DNA of 64,000 nucleotides from Azolla caroliniana (GCA_043228905.1 JBHGNT010000003.1:2728001-2792000); one strand, 5' to 3'; positions 10,429 through 23,984 are shown, counted from the first letter of the stretch. Numbers and translations are program-made. Notes: generated by a model not told the origin, from the letters alone.

Positions 10429-13209
10429 ATGAGAGAAGATTCACCGTTCTCAATTGAAGAATATTGTCTTTCATCAGACCCATCGTTTTCTACTGAAGAG
10501 TATTGTTTGTCAACAGAGTCACCATATTTGATTGAAGAATATTGTCTGTCGACCGACTCACCATATTCTCTCGAAGAATATTGTATGAGCTCATCTACAG
10601 GGAATGTAAATAATGACACATGTGAAGAGTTCTCTATTGAAGAATACGATATTAATAAAGATACGGAGAATGAAGGTAGTGCCCACGAAACATTGAATAA
10701 CATTGGCGATGGTCACAACAAAGAATTAGACTGTAACAAGGTTACACCAACCTCTATGCAGGAAGAGAAATCTGGGAGCCCTATGCATATTAGAAGAATC
10801 CCACGAAGAATTCGTCTGGCTAGATTTAGCTTGGTGACATCAGATAAACAGATTGGATTTGATGTCAAAAAAATATGTTGTGCTCGTGGTTGTATGTCTA
10901 TGATTGGAAAATCAAAGTTGCGAGAATTAAGGCGATACTATTTTTCGATGACCGGTGATGGGCAAGACACTTACCTCGGGTCACATATGCAACTAGTATC
11001 TGACAAATGTACGGGGATCAAAGTATCATTCGAGTATTATATCTTCCATGCACAACCGATATGTAGAGTTGCATTCAAAATTGCGTTATGTGTTAGTAAC
11101 ATGCGGCTACATAGAGTACAACAACGTCTACTTAGCGGGGATCAGATGCTCAATTGTAAAGAGGTTCCAAGTATGAAATGTGCAATTGGAAGACATGCTA
11201 TTGGTTGGATGAAAACTTACTTTCAGTTAAATTGTGAAGTAATGCCCACTACAGGTAGGATGCATCTTTTTGATAATTATACATGTCGGGAAGTTTATGA
11301 TGTCTATCGATCTGATATGTTGGGCTCACGTAATAAGTCTATCACCTATAGGCAATTCACAAGATTATGGAGAGCTCGGTTTTCAAATGTTATTATTCCC
11401 CGTAAAGTACGTATGGGGTATTGCTCCATTTGTGCAAATCTTAAAAGTTTGGCTAAAGGTGCAAAGACATCAATGGAAAAGGATACGAGTAAGAAGTTAC
11501 TACAAGAGCATCGTGAGGCACAATCCTTAGAACGAAAGAAGGCGATGCATCATAGAGAGAAGTGTTTGAAGAGGCCCTAACAATACATGAGCTTAATGAT
11601 AGATGGCATGGACCAGAAGAAGACATGCTTGCCGCATATGCGGAGGCTCCCCAAAGATGTCAATGATGAGTGCCTTGTTCAAATGCACTTGGTGGGATGC
11701 TTGGCTTATAATAGGTATGTTCGACCTCACGTCTTCATTACTTACCCCAATGTTCACAATGACCCTAACCTAACAGTTATAGTGATTCACCGAGTTTTGA
11801 TGTCTTGGGGCCAACCTTTCCGCCCTATTCTATACATTCAATTGGACAATACTGCTAGAGAGAACAAAAATTCAACTGTATTTGGCTATCTAAGTATGTT
11901 GGTCAACCTAGAATTGTTTAGGAAAGTGAAAGTCAATTTCCTTTTGGTTGGCCACACACATGACCATATAGATAAGATGTTTAGCACATTCTCCAGACAG
12001 TTGTCTCGGCATGATGCTTTCACTTTACCTAAACTATTTGATGTCATTTGTGATACTTATACACCACGCCCAAAAGTGTTACACTTGAAGGAGGTATATG
12101 ACTTTAAGAGATATATATTAGATGGGGGTGGTGGGAATGTTAAAGTGCTTGCTCAGTTAAACAATATAAGTTTCAATCCAATTTTTATGATAAAGAAAAA
12201 TGGAATAAGTGGTTCTACACTTTTGTATGCTAAACAATATTCATCTTCTACAACATGGGAACCTGAAGGTGGTTGCCAGTTATTACTTCGTATGCCGAGT
12301 ACAATTGTCCATGGAGCTAAGCAAATGCCAATTAAGAAGAAAGGACAGTTGTAGAGCGACTTGGTATCAGAACAAAAACGGTCATGGCTCCAAGCCTTAG
12401 AAGAAAAAAGAAAGCATACTGAGGCCGCCAAGAAATATGCCGCACAACAAGACACGTCATGGTGGGATGTATTTTATAGTGATCAGAAAGAAATTATAGA
12501 CAATTGTGTATTTGTTGATAATTGGAATTTGGAAACGCCATTCACATGGTCGCTGCAACATGGTCGCGTAAATAGAACTCCGGAGCAACTAGTAAATGCG
12601 ATTAATGACAGCTTGGTCCATCCACAACAAAGAGACATTTATGTGGGACCAAGGATGACCAAAGCAGCCGAAGCTAGATGGCAAGGCAATTTGCAAGAGC
12701 TCACCGCGGGGATGTTGATTGCAACGCCGGCTGATGAGAACTCACATGGCCACCAAATTTGGGTTGGTAAAATTCTAGAAGTGCTAATGCATGAAATAGA
12801 AAACACGATCAAGTCTATAAATGTTCATTGGTACAACACTTGAAATGCAAATGCTTTTACAGGTAAGTATACATTGGAGATGATTGAATGCCCAACAAGA
12901 AGGGGAGGTAGGAAGAGGAAGCGAAACATTCGTAACACCTCGACCCTTGATATCTCTGATGTGGATATCATCGTGTACGACTTCACACTTACAAAAGCCG
13001 GATGATTAAGGAAGTCAACAATAAATATAATAAAAGAAAAATTACCAAGTCTACAAGGTGGCTTGAGTCAAAGGCAAACGAGATCCGCTACATATAATCT
13101 AGAGTCAAACCATTCGGTTTATGACGAAGATAATGCACTGATTGGTACATCCGAGGATGATGAGGGGGAATCGTCATTGTATATTAGTTATAGTAGTGAT
13201 TCTCCGTAA
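10429..13209 (+). pseudogene. Sola-like DDD transposase, intronless, about 926 aa, 4 in-frame stops
   Basis: ORFs 10429, 11587 and 12361 share one frame to TAA at 13207-13209; CxxC (YCSICANL), LMIDGMDQ, QLDNTARENKN, FLLVGHTHDHID; stops at 11578, 12352, 12841 and 13003. Confidence 0.8.
10438..10650 (+). repeat. 39-bp coding repeat (SP[FY]SIEEYCLS[ST]D-like, x4) at the transposase N-terminus
   Basis: Seen directly in the translation; related FS[IV]EEY repeats occur in copy 2 (about 34394-34585). Confidence 0.85.
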
Positions 13210-13531
13210 AGGAGTGATCATAAATGTATATTTGGCTATTAAGTGTAACTACATTCCGCTTGTAACAAATCGAGTAATATAAAAGCATGTGTTTTGAATT
13301 CTTATGATTTCTAAAAAATCATTTCTTATAAAATAACATTGGTTGTAAAGTTTGTGATATAAATTGAGAATGTATCTTTTTGAAATTCGTCTTTTTTTAG
13401 TTACCTCTAAATCACGAAAATAGTGGATTTTTAACCTTTTTCATAGTATGTTTGAACATGTATGATACTGGTATCAATGTGTTTTGTAAAATCATTGAAA
13501 AACCCCTAAAATTTCCCTTATCCTTCCATTT

Positions 13532-13567
13532 ATGCGCGATCCTTTCATTTGTGAACGCGAACGTGTT
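13532..13567 (-). repeat. Right TIR, copy 1
   Basis: ATGCGCGATCCTTTCATTTGTGAACGCGAACGTGTT followed by TSD AGCT. Confidence 0.95.
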
Positions 13568-13571
13568 AGCT

Positions 13572-13720
13572 TAGGAGTTGTTCGCCCACACAAGACGCGA
13601 AGCAGTACAATACTCTACTCGCCGACTGTTCCCACGCCGGGAAATCTCTGTGTGTCGATTCGGGTGCTGTGTCATTTGCTCCGTCAACATAGCTCCAGTA
13701 ACCGTGCCCGAGCAGGTACT
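13572..13720 (-). mobile_element. Remainder of Copia-1 gag (5' part, truncated)
   Basis: Minus strand reads QYLLGHGYWSYVDG...AWEQSASRVLYCF, in frame with the sequence left of 4468. Confidence 0.85.
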
Positions 13721-15313
13721 GGTGAACAAATAGCCAGTTGTAGATCGTCGATTATCCAAATCACCTACAAAATTAGAATCATAATATCCAATTATGCATT
13801 TACCAAGTGATTAGTCTTGCTCAAATGTTAATCCAACATCCAAGGTGTTTTGAAGATACCACAAAATCCATTTCACAATTTGCCAATGACCCTTGCTTGG
13901 GTCATGCATATACCTGCTAACAATACTAATAACATGTGAAATATCGGGTCTTGTACACACCTTCGCGCACATCAAGCTTCCAACTTTCACCATGTATTCT
14001 CGCTCTTCATTTGTTGTGGGAGATAAACCACTCCTTAGTTTCAATTGAGGAGTAAGTGGAGTACTTACAGGTTTTGTGTCATCATACATACCAAAACGTT
14101 GTAGTATCCTCTTTAACTTCGGATAATCTTCCTCATGACAGAAAGCACACTCATCTTTGGCAATGCCTCAACCTTTTGATTTGGACCTTCCTCTTCTCCC
14201 TTTAGTATGGCTCTTTTGACGATCTCTTGCCTCCAATGCTTCTTCTAATGTCGTTGCTTTAGTTATCAACTTTTCCTGCTTTCTCAATTCATGACTATAT
14301 AAAGCAGAGCAAACATCTAACGACGCATTCTCTTTCCCATGAAGTAATGTAGTTTCCAAATGTTCGAATTCATCGGGAAGAGATGATAACAACATCAAAG
14401 AAAGATCCTGATCTGCAAATTTAACATCTAAATTCAACAGCTGTACTACTAATTGATTAAACATGGGGATGTGATCATTCGTTGTAGTACATGGTTTGTA
14501 GTCAAAATGAAAAAACCTCTTTTTCATAAGCAGCTTATTGTGACCATTTTTCTTCAGAAATTTGCCCTCCAATCCCTTCCACAATTTGTGTGTAGAAATC
14601 TAATGCTTGAAAACATACTTCTACTCTCTGGACAAGCACAATCGAATTGTTCCACATGCTAATCGATTAATGATGGTCCAGTCATTTTCTTCTACTTCTT
14701 TTGGTTTATCTTCTTCAATTGCAATGTCAAGACCTTGTTGAAGAAGAGAATTCAAAACCTCTCATTGCCACATGCCGAAATAGCCAGCAACATCAAATAT
14801 TTCTACCCTCTGTTTTGAACTGGCCATCGGAAACCTTCACCATGATGATGAGGAGCCCAATGTTCTCGGTTGAATCTTTGATACCGTATTCTTTCCTTTT
14901 TCATCTCGAGTTTCCTTTATAAACTTAATAAATAGTATTGAATATTATAGCTATAAAAAACCCCTTCCTTTGAGAATGACCAAAATAATTTATTTTTGAT
15001 GTGGAAGTTCAGACAAAGCTGCGACCACAAAGCATACTCAGACAGAACCTTGGCTCTAATACCAATTGTTGTGGAAATAACAATATATAAGCAAGAATAA
15101 AGATATTAGATAGAGTGAGAAGGAGAGAGAAATGACACCAGAATTACCGAGGTTCAGCTAATCAGCCTAGATCCTCCAAAGCAACATGCTCTAATACGAT
15201 TGGGAGAGAAGAATACAAATTGAGGATATCAAACTAAGAGTAGGAGCGCATTTATAGCTTCCAAATCACCTTCCACAACTATGTGGGATAAATAATGGGC
15301 CAAAAAGCTAACA
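13721..15313 (-). mobile_element. Copia-2: internally deleted Ty1/Copia with 5' LTR (15067-15313) and degenerate tRNA-Met PBS (15053-15064)
   Basis: RT/RNaseH remnant (CTRPDISH, DNRRSTTGYLF) abuts gag (LLSSLPDEFEHL); PBS reads TGGTATTAGAGC on minus; TG..CA LTR. Confidence 0.8.
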
Positions 15314-15589
15314 CACATCGTCATAGATTCATTAGGCTACCAAATTATTTATTAATGTAGCACCATATCATAAGAATGCTACTAGTTATACAACACTATA
15401 GACGGAAAAGAGGCATCAAACATTTAATCTACAAGGGATACTATCCTTGATCCATGGAGAAATCTTGATCCTCCAATATGAATGTAGACTTTAGAACCTA
15501 CATCTCAAAAATAATTGATTATAGAAATGTGCAGATCAACCTCTTGTTCATTGGCATCTTCCCTTAGACCATATATATACGTGTTTGCT

Positions 15590-16620
15590 CATGGCCCCTT
15601 AATAATACCACTATCAACATCTCATAGTACTTGAACATATTTGTCTTTGTAACATGTACACTAGTTTAATTAGTATCTGTGTTGGCATGATCATTGATTA
15701 CGTACATCCTCAAAAACTCAGTCATGATCACAACAATAAAAGAGGAGATCGCAAGTGATCATTTTAAATTGTACGGGAATTTAGTAAAAAATATTGAAGA
15801 GACATTTGATCTTTATGGAAAATGATATGATTATCTCATGCTCATCTCTCTCATTCTAGAAAGATAAATAGATGCGCCAAAGTTCATGGGGGGATCAAGG
15901 ATGAGGACATATGGTTTTAGCTCTTCCATAGATTCTGATATCCAATGTCTTTCCATGAATTGCTTCACACATTATTATTTCTAGTAGAATTTATATGGGC
16001 TATATTCGCTGATAATAATGATGACTATAATTGTTTCCACACATTGATTACAGATTTTAATTGACAACCGTAATGGCACTCAGAGAAGTGAATCGGTAGT
16101 TATAATTGTTTCCTAGGTCGAACAAGAACTACCAGAAAGCTGAATGCCCTATGCCCTTTAAGTTTCAGTTATGTTTGTAATTACGTCATCTCAAACGATT
16201 ACACCATGTATTAAATAGCTGAGATTCGTTCCTTTTTTTCTGAGATTGTTCACGTTAATTTGAGACCAAATTCTAATCCCATTTCACATCCGCTGAGAAA
16301 ATGATGTGAACAGTGTTTGTATCCTGCAAATATGTCGTGATCAGGGCTTTGTTTACTATATTCAATACATAGAGAGCAACACACTAACAACTGACGACTT
16401 TGCCTCAAGAGATCAAAACAAGAGAAGATGTTATCTCTAACTTAGATTCCCATCCAGGCTGTATTAAGCATGGGTTGACCAAGCCCATAGCACATGATGT
16501 GTTGGAGAAACATAAATTTAATGCAATCATTATGTATATAGGAATAGAGATGGATATAATACATAACATTATTAGTCTTAAGAAAAGTTGCATAGTTTAT
16601 TAAAATGATGTAGATGCATG
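15590..16620. repeat. Non-coding block duplicated at about 40640-41260 and 49620-50340 (3' flank of the DUF247 repeat unit)
   Basis: Shared strings such as CATGATCATTGA, AAATAGATGCGCC.AAG and CACACCATGTATT in the same order. Confidence 0.75.
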
Positions 16621-17639
16621 TCATATTTATATTGATGGCCTTGACAGTTTTCCTCGCATTGTTTAGTGACTTTAATTAGTACGATATCGCTTCAATTATA
16701 TCTCGTATGAATTGAGAAGTCATGGATGGGATAACTCGACATATTTAGTACTTTCTTTCAATACATACATATTTTCAAATTATACTAAATCATTCTTATT
16801 CTTCTATGACACATAGTTAATTCTGGTAAATTGTTAGGAGTTTGTGGAGCCGGCCCTCTAGAAATGGTATTGGAGATTTTGCTCCTCAGGTACCTACAAA
16901 AGTGAACAAAATATAGATGATTAAAAATAAGTGACCTCACCCTTTGTGAAAATTATTGAAAATTGAAAGTAGTTCAGGAATTAAGACTGCACCACAAGGA
17001 ATCTATATCACTAACCTATGAATTATTAGTAGTAGAAAAATCTATAACATGGCACATAATCATGATTTGAGATTACATTATTGGTAATTGTTTACACATA
17101 ACATTTATCTACCAGATAACCATAATTTGTGAAGATGGAAGATCAATCGAAGACTTGTGAGTCAATTCATCCTCATTTCTTCTCAAATTGTTAATGTTGG
17201 TTTGAGACCCCATTCTCATCAGATCTCATCTATGCTGGGCATAACAGTCATCACAGTGATGTATATATTGTAAAACCAGTCACATAACTGTGATCGGTGT
17301 GTGATCAGTCATTGATCGGTCCAGAGAAAGGGACGCACTAACAACATGGGCTCACTAAAAATAGACTGCACCTCTCAAATAAAGAAGCATACAAGTTTCG
17401 ATTAACTCGAATCGAAGTGCTTCCCATGGCTCCACCCATATGGCTGATCATTCCACACATTCGCATTCTTATCATCCTCTCTCTCTCTCTGTTTCTCTCG
17501 TTATCATAGATAGATAAATAGAATATACAAATCCTTATCATCCGTGGGCAGGATTAAGTAATAGATATGCATAAAAGGAGGCCTGGTACTACTTGATCTA
17601 CTCCTACTAGAAAGTAGCCAAACTTAGTGCCCCATAATA

Positions 17640-17672
17640 GAAGAAGAAGAAGAAGAAGAAGAAGAAGAAGAA
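17640..17672 (+). repeat. (GAA)n microsatellite upstream of DUF247-A
   Basis: About 11 GAA units. Confidence 0.9.
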
Positions 17673-17685
17673 CATTACAATATCT

Positions 17686-19036
17686 ATGCATGAACCTAAT
17701 CATCAACCCAACGTCACCAAAGATAAATGGAGACACTACATGAAGGAAAAGATCAAACATATTGATGATGAACCTCTGCTTAACAAAAGTTGTATGATTT
17801 TGAAGCCTTATGAAGCATTGATGGAAGTGAAGCCAGAGGCATATACACCTAAATTAGTGACCATCGGTCCATTGTATCACAATCCTGAGCCTTCCCCTAT
17901 TGATAATTATAAGGCACTATGTGTGAAGAAATTCATGGAGAGACATGGAATATCAGCTGTGGAAGTCCTCATAATCTATACTCAACCACATGAACTTAGC
18001 CACATTTATAATCTCAACCTTCCCCAATCTGAATTTGAGTGGCTCCAACTTCTGGTCACTGTCGATACCGTCTTCATTCATGAACTCTTGCTGTTTTTCA
18101 ATGCATTGGTGTCCCACAGTGTAGAAAGAGTTGGCTACTTTGCCACTTTCCGCAGCAATGACCTTTCATTCCAAGTGCGCATAGCAAGGGATTTGTTCTT
18201 GATAGGAAACCAAATTCCCATGTCATTTCTAAAGAAGATTGCACTAGAGATTCCTTGCAATCCCGACTTCTCATTGGCTGATTTTGAGAATATCATGAGG
18301 ATTGTTAGTCTTGGACGTAATCCATTCTTCTCTATCGAAGATGGAAGGAGAAGATTTTTAGGATTTCTTGAATCGAAAAACATAAAATTGATGGATAAGT
18401 GCCAGCATCTACTTGATTCTGTCTACTATTCGTGCATTGTCGAAGAAGAAGAATCGATGAGACAAACTAATTCTGAAGAATCCCAACAGAAACGTGTTCG
18501 TCTCCCATCAGCGTCCCAACTCTATAAAGCTGGCATTCGGTTCAAGGGTTGTGAAGGTAACATATCGGTGATGAAGTATGACAAGACAAAACTTCAGCTC
18601 CATCTTCCACGCCTCGTAGTGTTTGACGACACAGAGGATGTGCTGGGGAACCTTCTTGCACATGAAATATCTTCCAGAGGAGGAGGTGATTTCTCGATGT
18701 ATGCTCATTGACACGGAAGAAGATCTGGCGATCTTGACAAAGGCCAATGTCATAGAGAACCTCACGGGGAGTGACATTAGGGTGGTCCAGATGTGGAATG
18801 ATATGGGCATCAATATGCTCGGTGATTACGAATCCGAAAGATGGAAAGCAATAGTCCCTATTATGATGGCCCACTATTCCTCCCGTTGGATTCGCTTGTA
18901 TGCAGAGTGTTATGAAAAGTTCTTTTCTCGGCCATGGTTATGGATTTCAGTCATTGCGGCATTTCTACTGCTCTCAGCTTCAATATTGCAGACAGTCTAT
19001 TCAATAGCAGGTTATTACAAAAAGCCCACAACCTAA
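17686..19036 (+). pseudogene. DUF247-family gene A, frameshifted
   Basis: AYTPKLVTIGPLYH, RDLFLIGNQIP, HLLD, LPSASQLYKAGIRF, LIDT.EDLAIL and a C-terminal TM helix; small deletion and frameshift near 18705 relative to paralogs. Confidence 0.88.
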
Positions 19037-21099
19037 CCTAAAGAAGCCCTAGGGCAGAACTAAAAAAGCTCCACGCAATCAAGTATTGAGCTTGGTTTAT
19101 TGATTTGGGATTTCATTTTGGTTTATTAATTTAACTTGTTTCCCGTAATTTATGTATTTATTAATTTATAATCCACATTGGCTTTATGAAATTGTGGAAG
19201 ATTATGTACTGATGGTGAATCGTTGCATGATTTCTGTACTACTGGAAATAGATATTGTGGGAGTTAAATTTAAGTAATTGTCGCAATGGGTACTGAAGCA
19301 CAATTTGTTCATGGTCATCTTCTTCCTAATCCAATGTACATTAAATTATCTACAAGTTGAGCACTCTGGCAAACATAAAAAAAAATCTTTAGTATTGAAA
19401 ATAAGTGATATTAACATGAAGATGACAATAATTTTTGACGTAGTACCACATCACTATCATGCTACCAAGTATAGTTATTATAAATCAATTTACCATGTAA
19501 AGAGATGATAGAGACATTGTGATTTAAAAACTATAAAAACTTTTGTGAGAAATGTTATGGTAATAAAACCAGACATAGGTATTATCGGCACACATTGAGT
19601 TTGGCCACTATTGGCTCCTGTTGTAGAGATTCTAGCTAAATATACATTCGAAATTAGTCCTAACATAAATGATTAACAATACTTAATGTCTTAATGTTAG
19701 TGGAATTTTAATGGCTAACGGTCTACAAATGTTGCAATGACTATGAGTGCTTCCCAATGGCATTGGTGGGTTTTATTTCACATTGCCAGTAATGTCCTTT
19801 GCATGTACTATCAATGAAAATTGGTATCATTACAGCTAATTAGAGCTCATAATACAACGAGTAATAACCAATTTGCTAGCAATTTCCCCAAACAGTCCGT
19901 TATCCTCATACAAATTATTTCCTCTCAAATAAATTGATCAAGAATCGATTTATCTCCTTTCTTGTCTCATACTATTCATGTCAGTTTGGCACCTAATTCT
20001 GATCAGATTTTACATACGTTGTACGAATGTGATCACATTACTACAACCGGTATTAGTCGATTTTACATATGTTGTAGAACTGTGATCACATAATTACGAC
20101 GGATATTATGTTTCACGAACTGGTTGTGATCACTGTTGTGTTTACTGTCATTAATCACATTGTCGATAACCAACTCAACACATGGTCCACATAGAGGAAC
20201 GCCCTAACAAATTGGGCTGAGAAACAACTTCACCTCTCAAAATCAAGAAGCTTACCTATAAGAGAGTTAACAGCCACTCTCGGAAATTGTATGATAATGA
20301 AATAAATTTTGAATAGAGCATTTGAGCTTTCAATGGAAAATGGCATTCATTCTGGTGTCTCTTTCCCCTAATTTTCTCTCTATTCTTATCTCTGAGTTTT
20401 CTCTCTACTAGTAAATAGATAGATAAAGACCACGCGGCAACAACTAGCATGTATTGTTGTTAGTTTGACCCATGATGTACCTTGGGCTATTACCACAACC
20501 TCTACAGTACCCCCAGCACCAAAACAAGGAATCGCAAAAATAATCAAGTATTAGAATTTTCTTTATCAAGAAAGCCCAAGAAGAAAACCCTAGAAGAAAC
20601 CCTAAAACCGAATAGAACCCCTCGACCTAAGTGGTATACCTCTCTCACTCAAAATAGGCAACCCCCAAATGCGCCCCCCTCGACCTCCTTTTATAGGAAA
20701 AAAGGAAGGGGGGTCGCCAATTTTGTCTTTAATGGAATAAAGGAATAAAATTCCTTAAATCATGTTGGACTATAAGACTAGATTTCAACCGTACACCTCT
20801 AGCTAGAAGTCAATGTGACTATCCACTAGCCCATTAACTCTCTCTTATATAATATATGATTCTATCTCTATAAAGTCTTAACCTGTCTCCCCTCTACTTT
20901 TGACCTCTCCTCTCTCTTACTTTTTACACGAGCTCACTACTCATTCTACTCTACAAAGTGCACATCACATTTATGCCTCTACGAACATCGTGGTGCACCT
21001 TTAGCACCTTAGATTATTACCCTTCCCATTACATTTTATTTACTTATTCTTATTACACAAATTTACAAGTGCATGTGCAATGTTGCACATTTCCATTTT

Positions 21100-22769
21100 A
21101 TTTGTCCCTCCCGGTTTTCTCATCGTAGCCGGAAATCTTCACGACAACGTCACTGCTGCTCTTGCCATTATAAAAGAAAAACTAGTAGTAGATCTTCGAG
21201 AATCAACGTCCCCCCCCCCCCCCCCCCCCAATCCGAATCAGACCAACCAACAAGTGATTTGATTGGTTTTTCGGATTGGGATTGTTTAGATGTTAATCGA
21301 TAGTTAGATGTGTGTTTTAGATATCGCATAACTCGTTGAAGTGATTTCCAATGCATAATGCTAGGGTTATGCATAAAGCATGAAAGGTAATAAATTACAA
21401 AACAAAGATCAGGACGAGTTCTTGTGACTAAATATCGAAGTTTTCCTATTAATTGTTTAAAAGGAAATTGTTGCATAAAATTAATATCTCTTTTTGTGGT
21501 TGGACCATTGGATATGCTTAAGTTACAAGTTAGAGATAAGGGAGTAGTGCAAGGTTAATGTTTAGCATTCCGAAGGATTTCAAAATTTCATTAATGAATT
21601 TATTTTGATGAATTATCAAAGTGCCCATACTATGATTACGCGTAACTTGCATGCCGAGGAAATAAGATAGGGGACCTAAATTTGTTATTGAAAATGCTTT
21701 GCTTGAGTAATTTTAGATGGTGTTCCAACTATAGGACTGTCATCCACATATAGTGCTACCACTAACAACCGATTAGATGTATGATTATGTCTAATGTATA
21801 TATTTGGTTCTGATAACATTCTAGAATAGCCATGTGAGAGCATAAAATTGTTAAACTTTTGAAACCATAACCTAGGAGATTGTTTGAGTCCATAAAATGA
21901 TCGATGTAACCGACACACATAGTTTGGTTGAAAGTGTGACTCAAACCCAGGAGGTTGTGACATGTAGATTTCTTCGGGTAAATCACCATGTAGAAATGTC
22001 GTTTGTACATCCAAATGATGTACCTCGAGGTCAAGAATGGTGGCTAGAGCCATTAGGAGCCGAAAGGATGCCATGCGAAGAATGGGTGAGAATGCCTCAG
22101 AATAGTCAAATCCTTCAGCTTGAGAAAAACCACAAGCGACAAGTCGAGCTTTGTAATGTGCAACAGTACCATTAGGGTTTAGTTTTTTCTTCAACACCCA
22201 TTTGCATGAAATAGGTGAGCGTCCCATTGGGAGTGGTACTAGAGTCCACATTTTGTTGGCCTCAAGCTATTCAAGTTCTTTTGCCATGGCAGCTTGCCAT
22301 TCACTACGATCTGGACTTTGCAATGCCTCATTGATAGTTAAGGGATCATTAGAAATGTCTAATGTAGTTGAGGGGGAACCAAGAGCCGAAAATGCAAACT
22401 CAGGTTCAAATTGACGGTCCGCAACAAGGGCGTCTATTTTTTGTCTGTGCTCATAAAGATCTTGAATAGTACGTACTTTCTTTGGAGTCGATGTAGAGCT
22501 AAGTGAACTAGGTGATTTCGCAATGTTAGAACTATTTGTATGTTCTACATGTTGATTATTAGTGGAATATGAAGTATTTTTGCATCCTATTTTAATTACT
22601 TTTGCATCAATGTGACCAATGGTTTTCAACTTGCCATTAAGGCGTGAGGATCCTCATAGTGGGATAGGGAGATTTTTATTAGGATGGGAACATGAATAAT
22701 CAATGTGAGTTAGTTGTGTTCCATCTAAAAGTTTTTCCTTCTAAGTGGTATGGTGCTTATTAAGGCTCT
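21100..22769 (-). mobile_element. Copia-3, 3' part (RT-RNaseH), split from its 5' part by transposon copy 2; no 3' LTR recognised
   Basis: YKARLVACGFSQ, LYVDD, TRPDLCF, SDSDWG; continues at 36439 after TSD CTCT. Confidence 0.88.
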
Positions 22770-23984
22770 AACACGTTCGTGTTCAGAAGTGGAAGGATCG
22801 CGCATTCCACTTTTAGATTCCCTTTATAGTCACACAATTTTAGCTTGTTGTGAAATATGATGTGCACCAGTATCACATGATAAACCACAAAAGGTGAATT
22901 TATTGATTTATTAATCGGATATATCTCTATACCAAGAGAACATGCTATTTATTGGAGAAAATATAAATGTACTAGATTTATTCTTGCAATGTTTACAAAT
23001 TTAGGGTTGGTTTTTACCGCGCATTCATTTTATACAAATTAATTATTTGACTAAAGCATTAACAAACAGGAATTCCATTTTCGCGAGATGTGAATAACAT
23101 AGGTTTACAGTGGTTAAACTTTCCAAGAGAGGTGTATATGCTATTTGAGAAATTGATATTTACATATTATTGAATACAATACATAATGACTAATAGTTAG
23201 TAAAGATCATTAGGATATAATAACAAATGTATATGTTCATGACAACACATGAAAATTAGAAGTAGAAAGCGTACTCATAACTACTGGCTTACATTACATT
23301 AGACATACAAGAATATACCCAAAACATATATGACTATTGTTAAGGTATAGACAGTGCTAAATTTTGGGCTGCCATAATAGAGATAACTCTCCGGAATTAA
23401 CGTTAAAGCATGCATTACAATTTTCATTTGAATGTCTACACATAAACACTAAATCAAGAGGTTAAACACATATATACAAATGGAGTAAAAATAATCTAAG
23501 CCTGCATACATCCAGTCTGACGGGAACTACACGCTCCCTATACGCAACGCTCAGCCAAAACCGAGCTTAGAATCATACACAGAAAACAGGAAATAAAGAA
23601 TGCACGACACGAAGAAGAGAACAGTACACAGGACATTTACGTGGAAAACCCAAACTAAGGGAAAAAACCACGGCAGCCCACAGGCTGCAAACTATCACTA
23701 TGTTAGAATGTACAACAGTGAGTTCACGGAGGCAACGACCTCGTGCTCACGATCATCGCCACAGGCGGCAGTTACAACTAAGGAACGACCTCTTCCTCTC
23801 TCTCACTCTCTCTGTACACAGTTACACGCTCTGATCTCACGCAGACAAGAATAACAACAACAACATCAAAAGGTTTGCCCTAAGTCATATTTATATTAAT
23901 ATGACTTTTCGGCTATTTACAAATACAACTATGATGGACTCTCAGAAACATATTTACGAAAATGTCTCTTCATCCGGTGAGCAC

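Larger units (their letters stand above)
4469..13567 (+). mobile_element. TIR DNA transposon copy 1 (9.1 kb): Sola-like transposase plus ParB-methyltransferase cargo gene
   Basis: 36-bp TIRs 4469-4504 and 13532-13567 (3 mismatches); TSD AGCT at 4465-4468 and 13568-13571; removing it restores the Copia gag frame (RVLYCFASCVGEQLLSYIRDAKTPKDAWGNL). Confidence 0.95.

Noticed and set aside
20470-21075. Possible solo LTR or 3' LTR of Copia-3
   Set aside because: It has LTR-like composition but does not match 39069-39315, and I could not define termini or a TSD.
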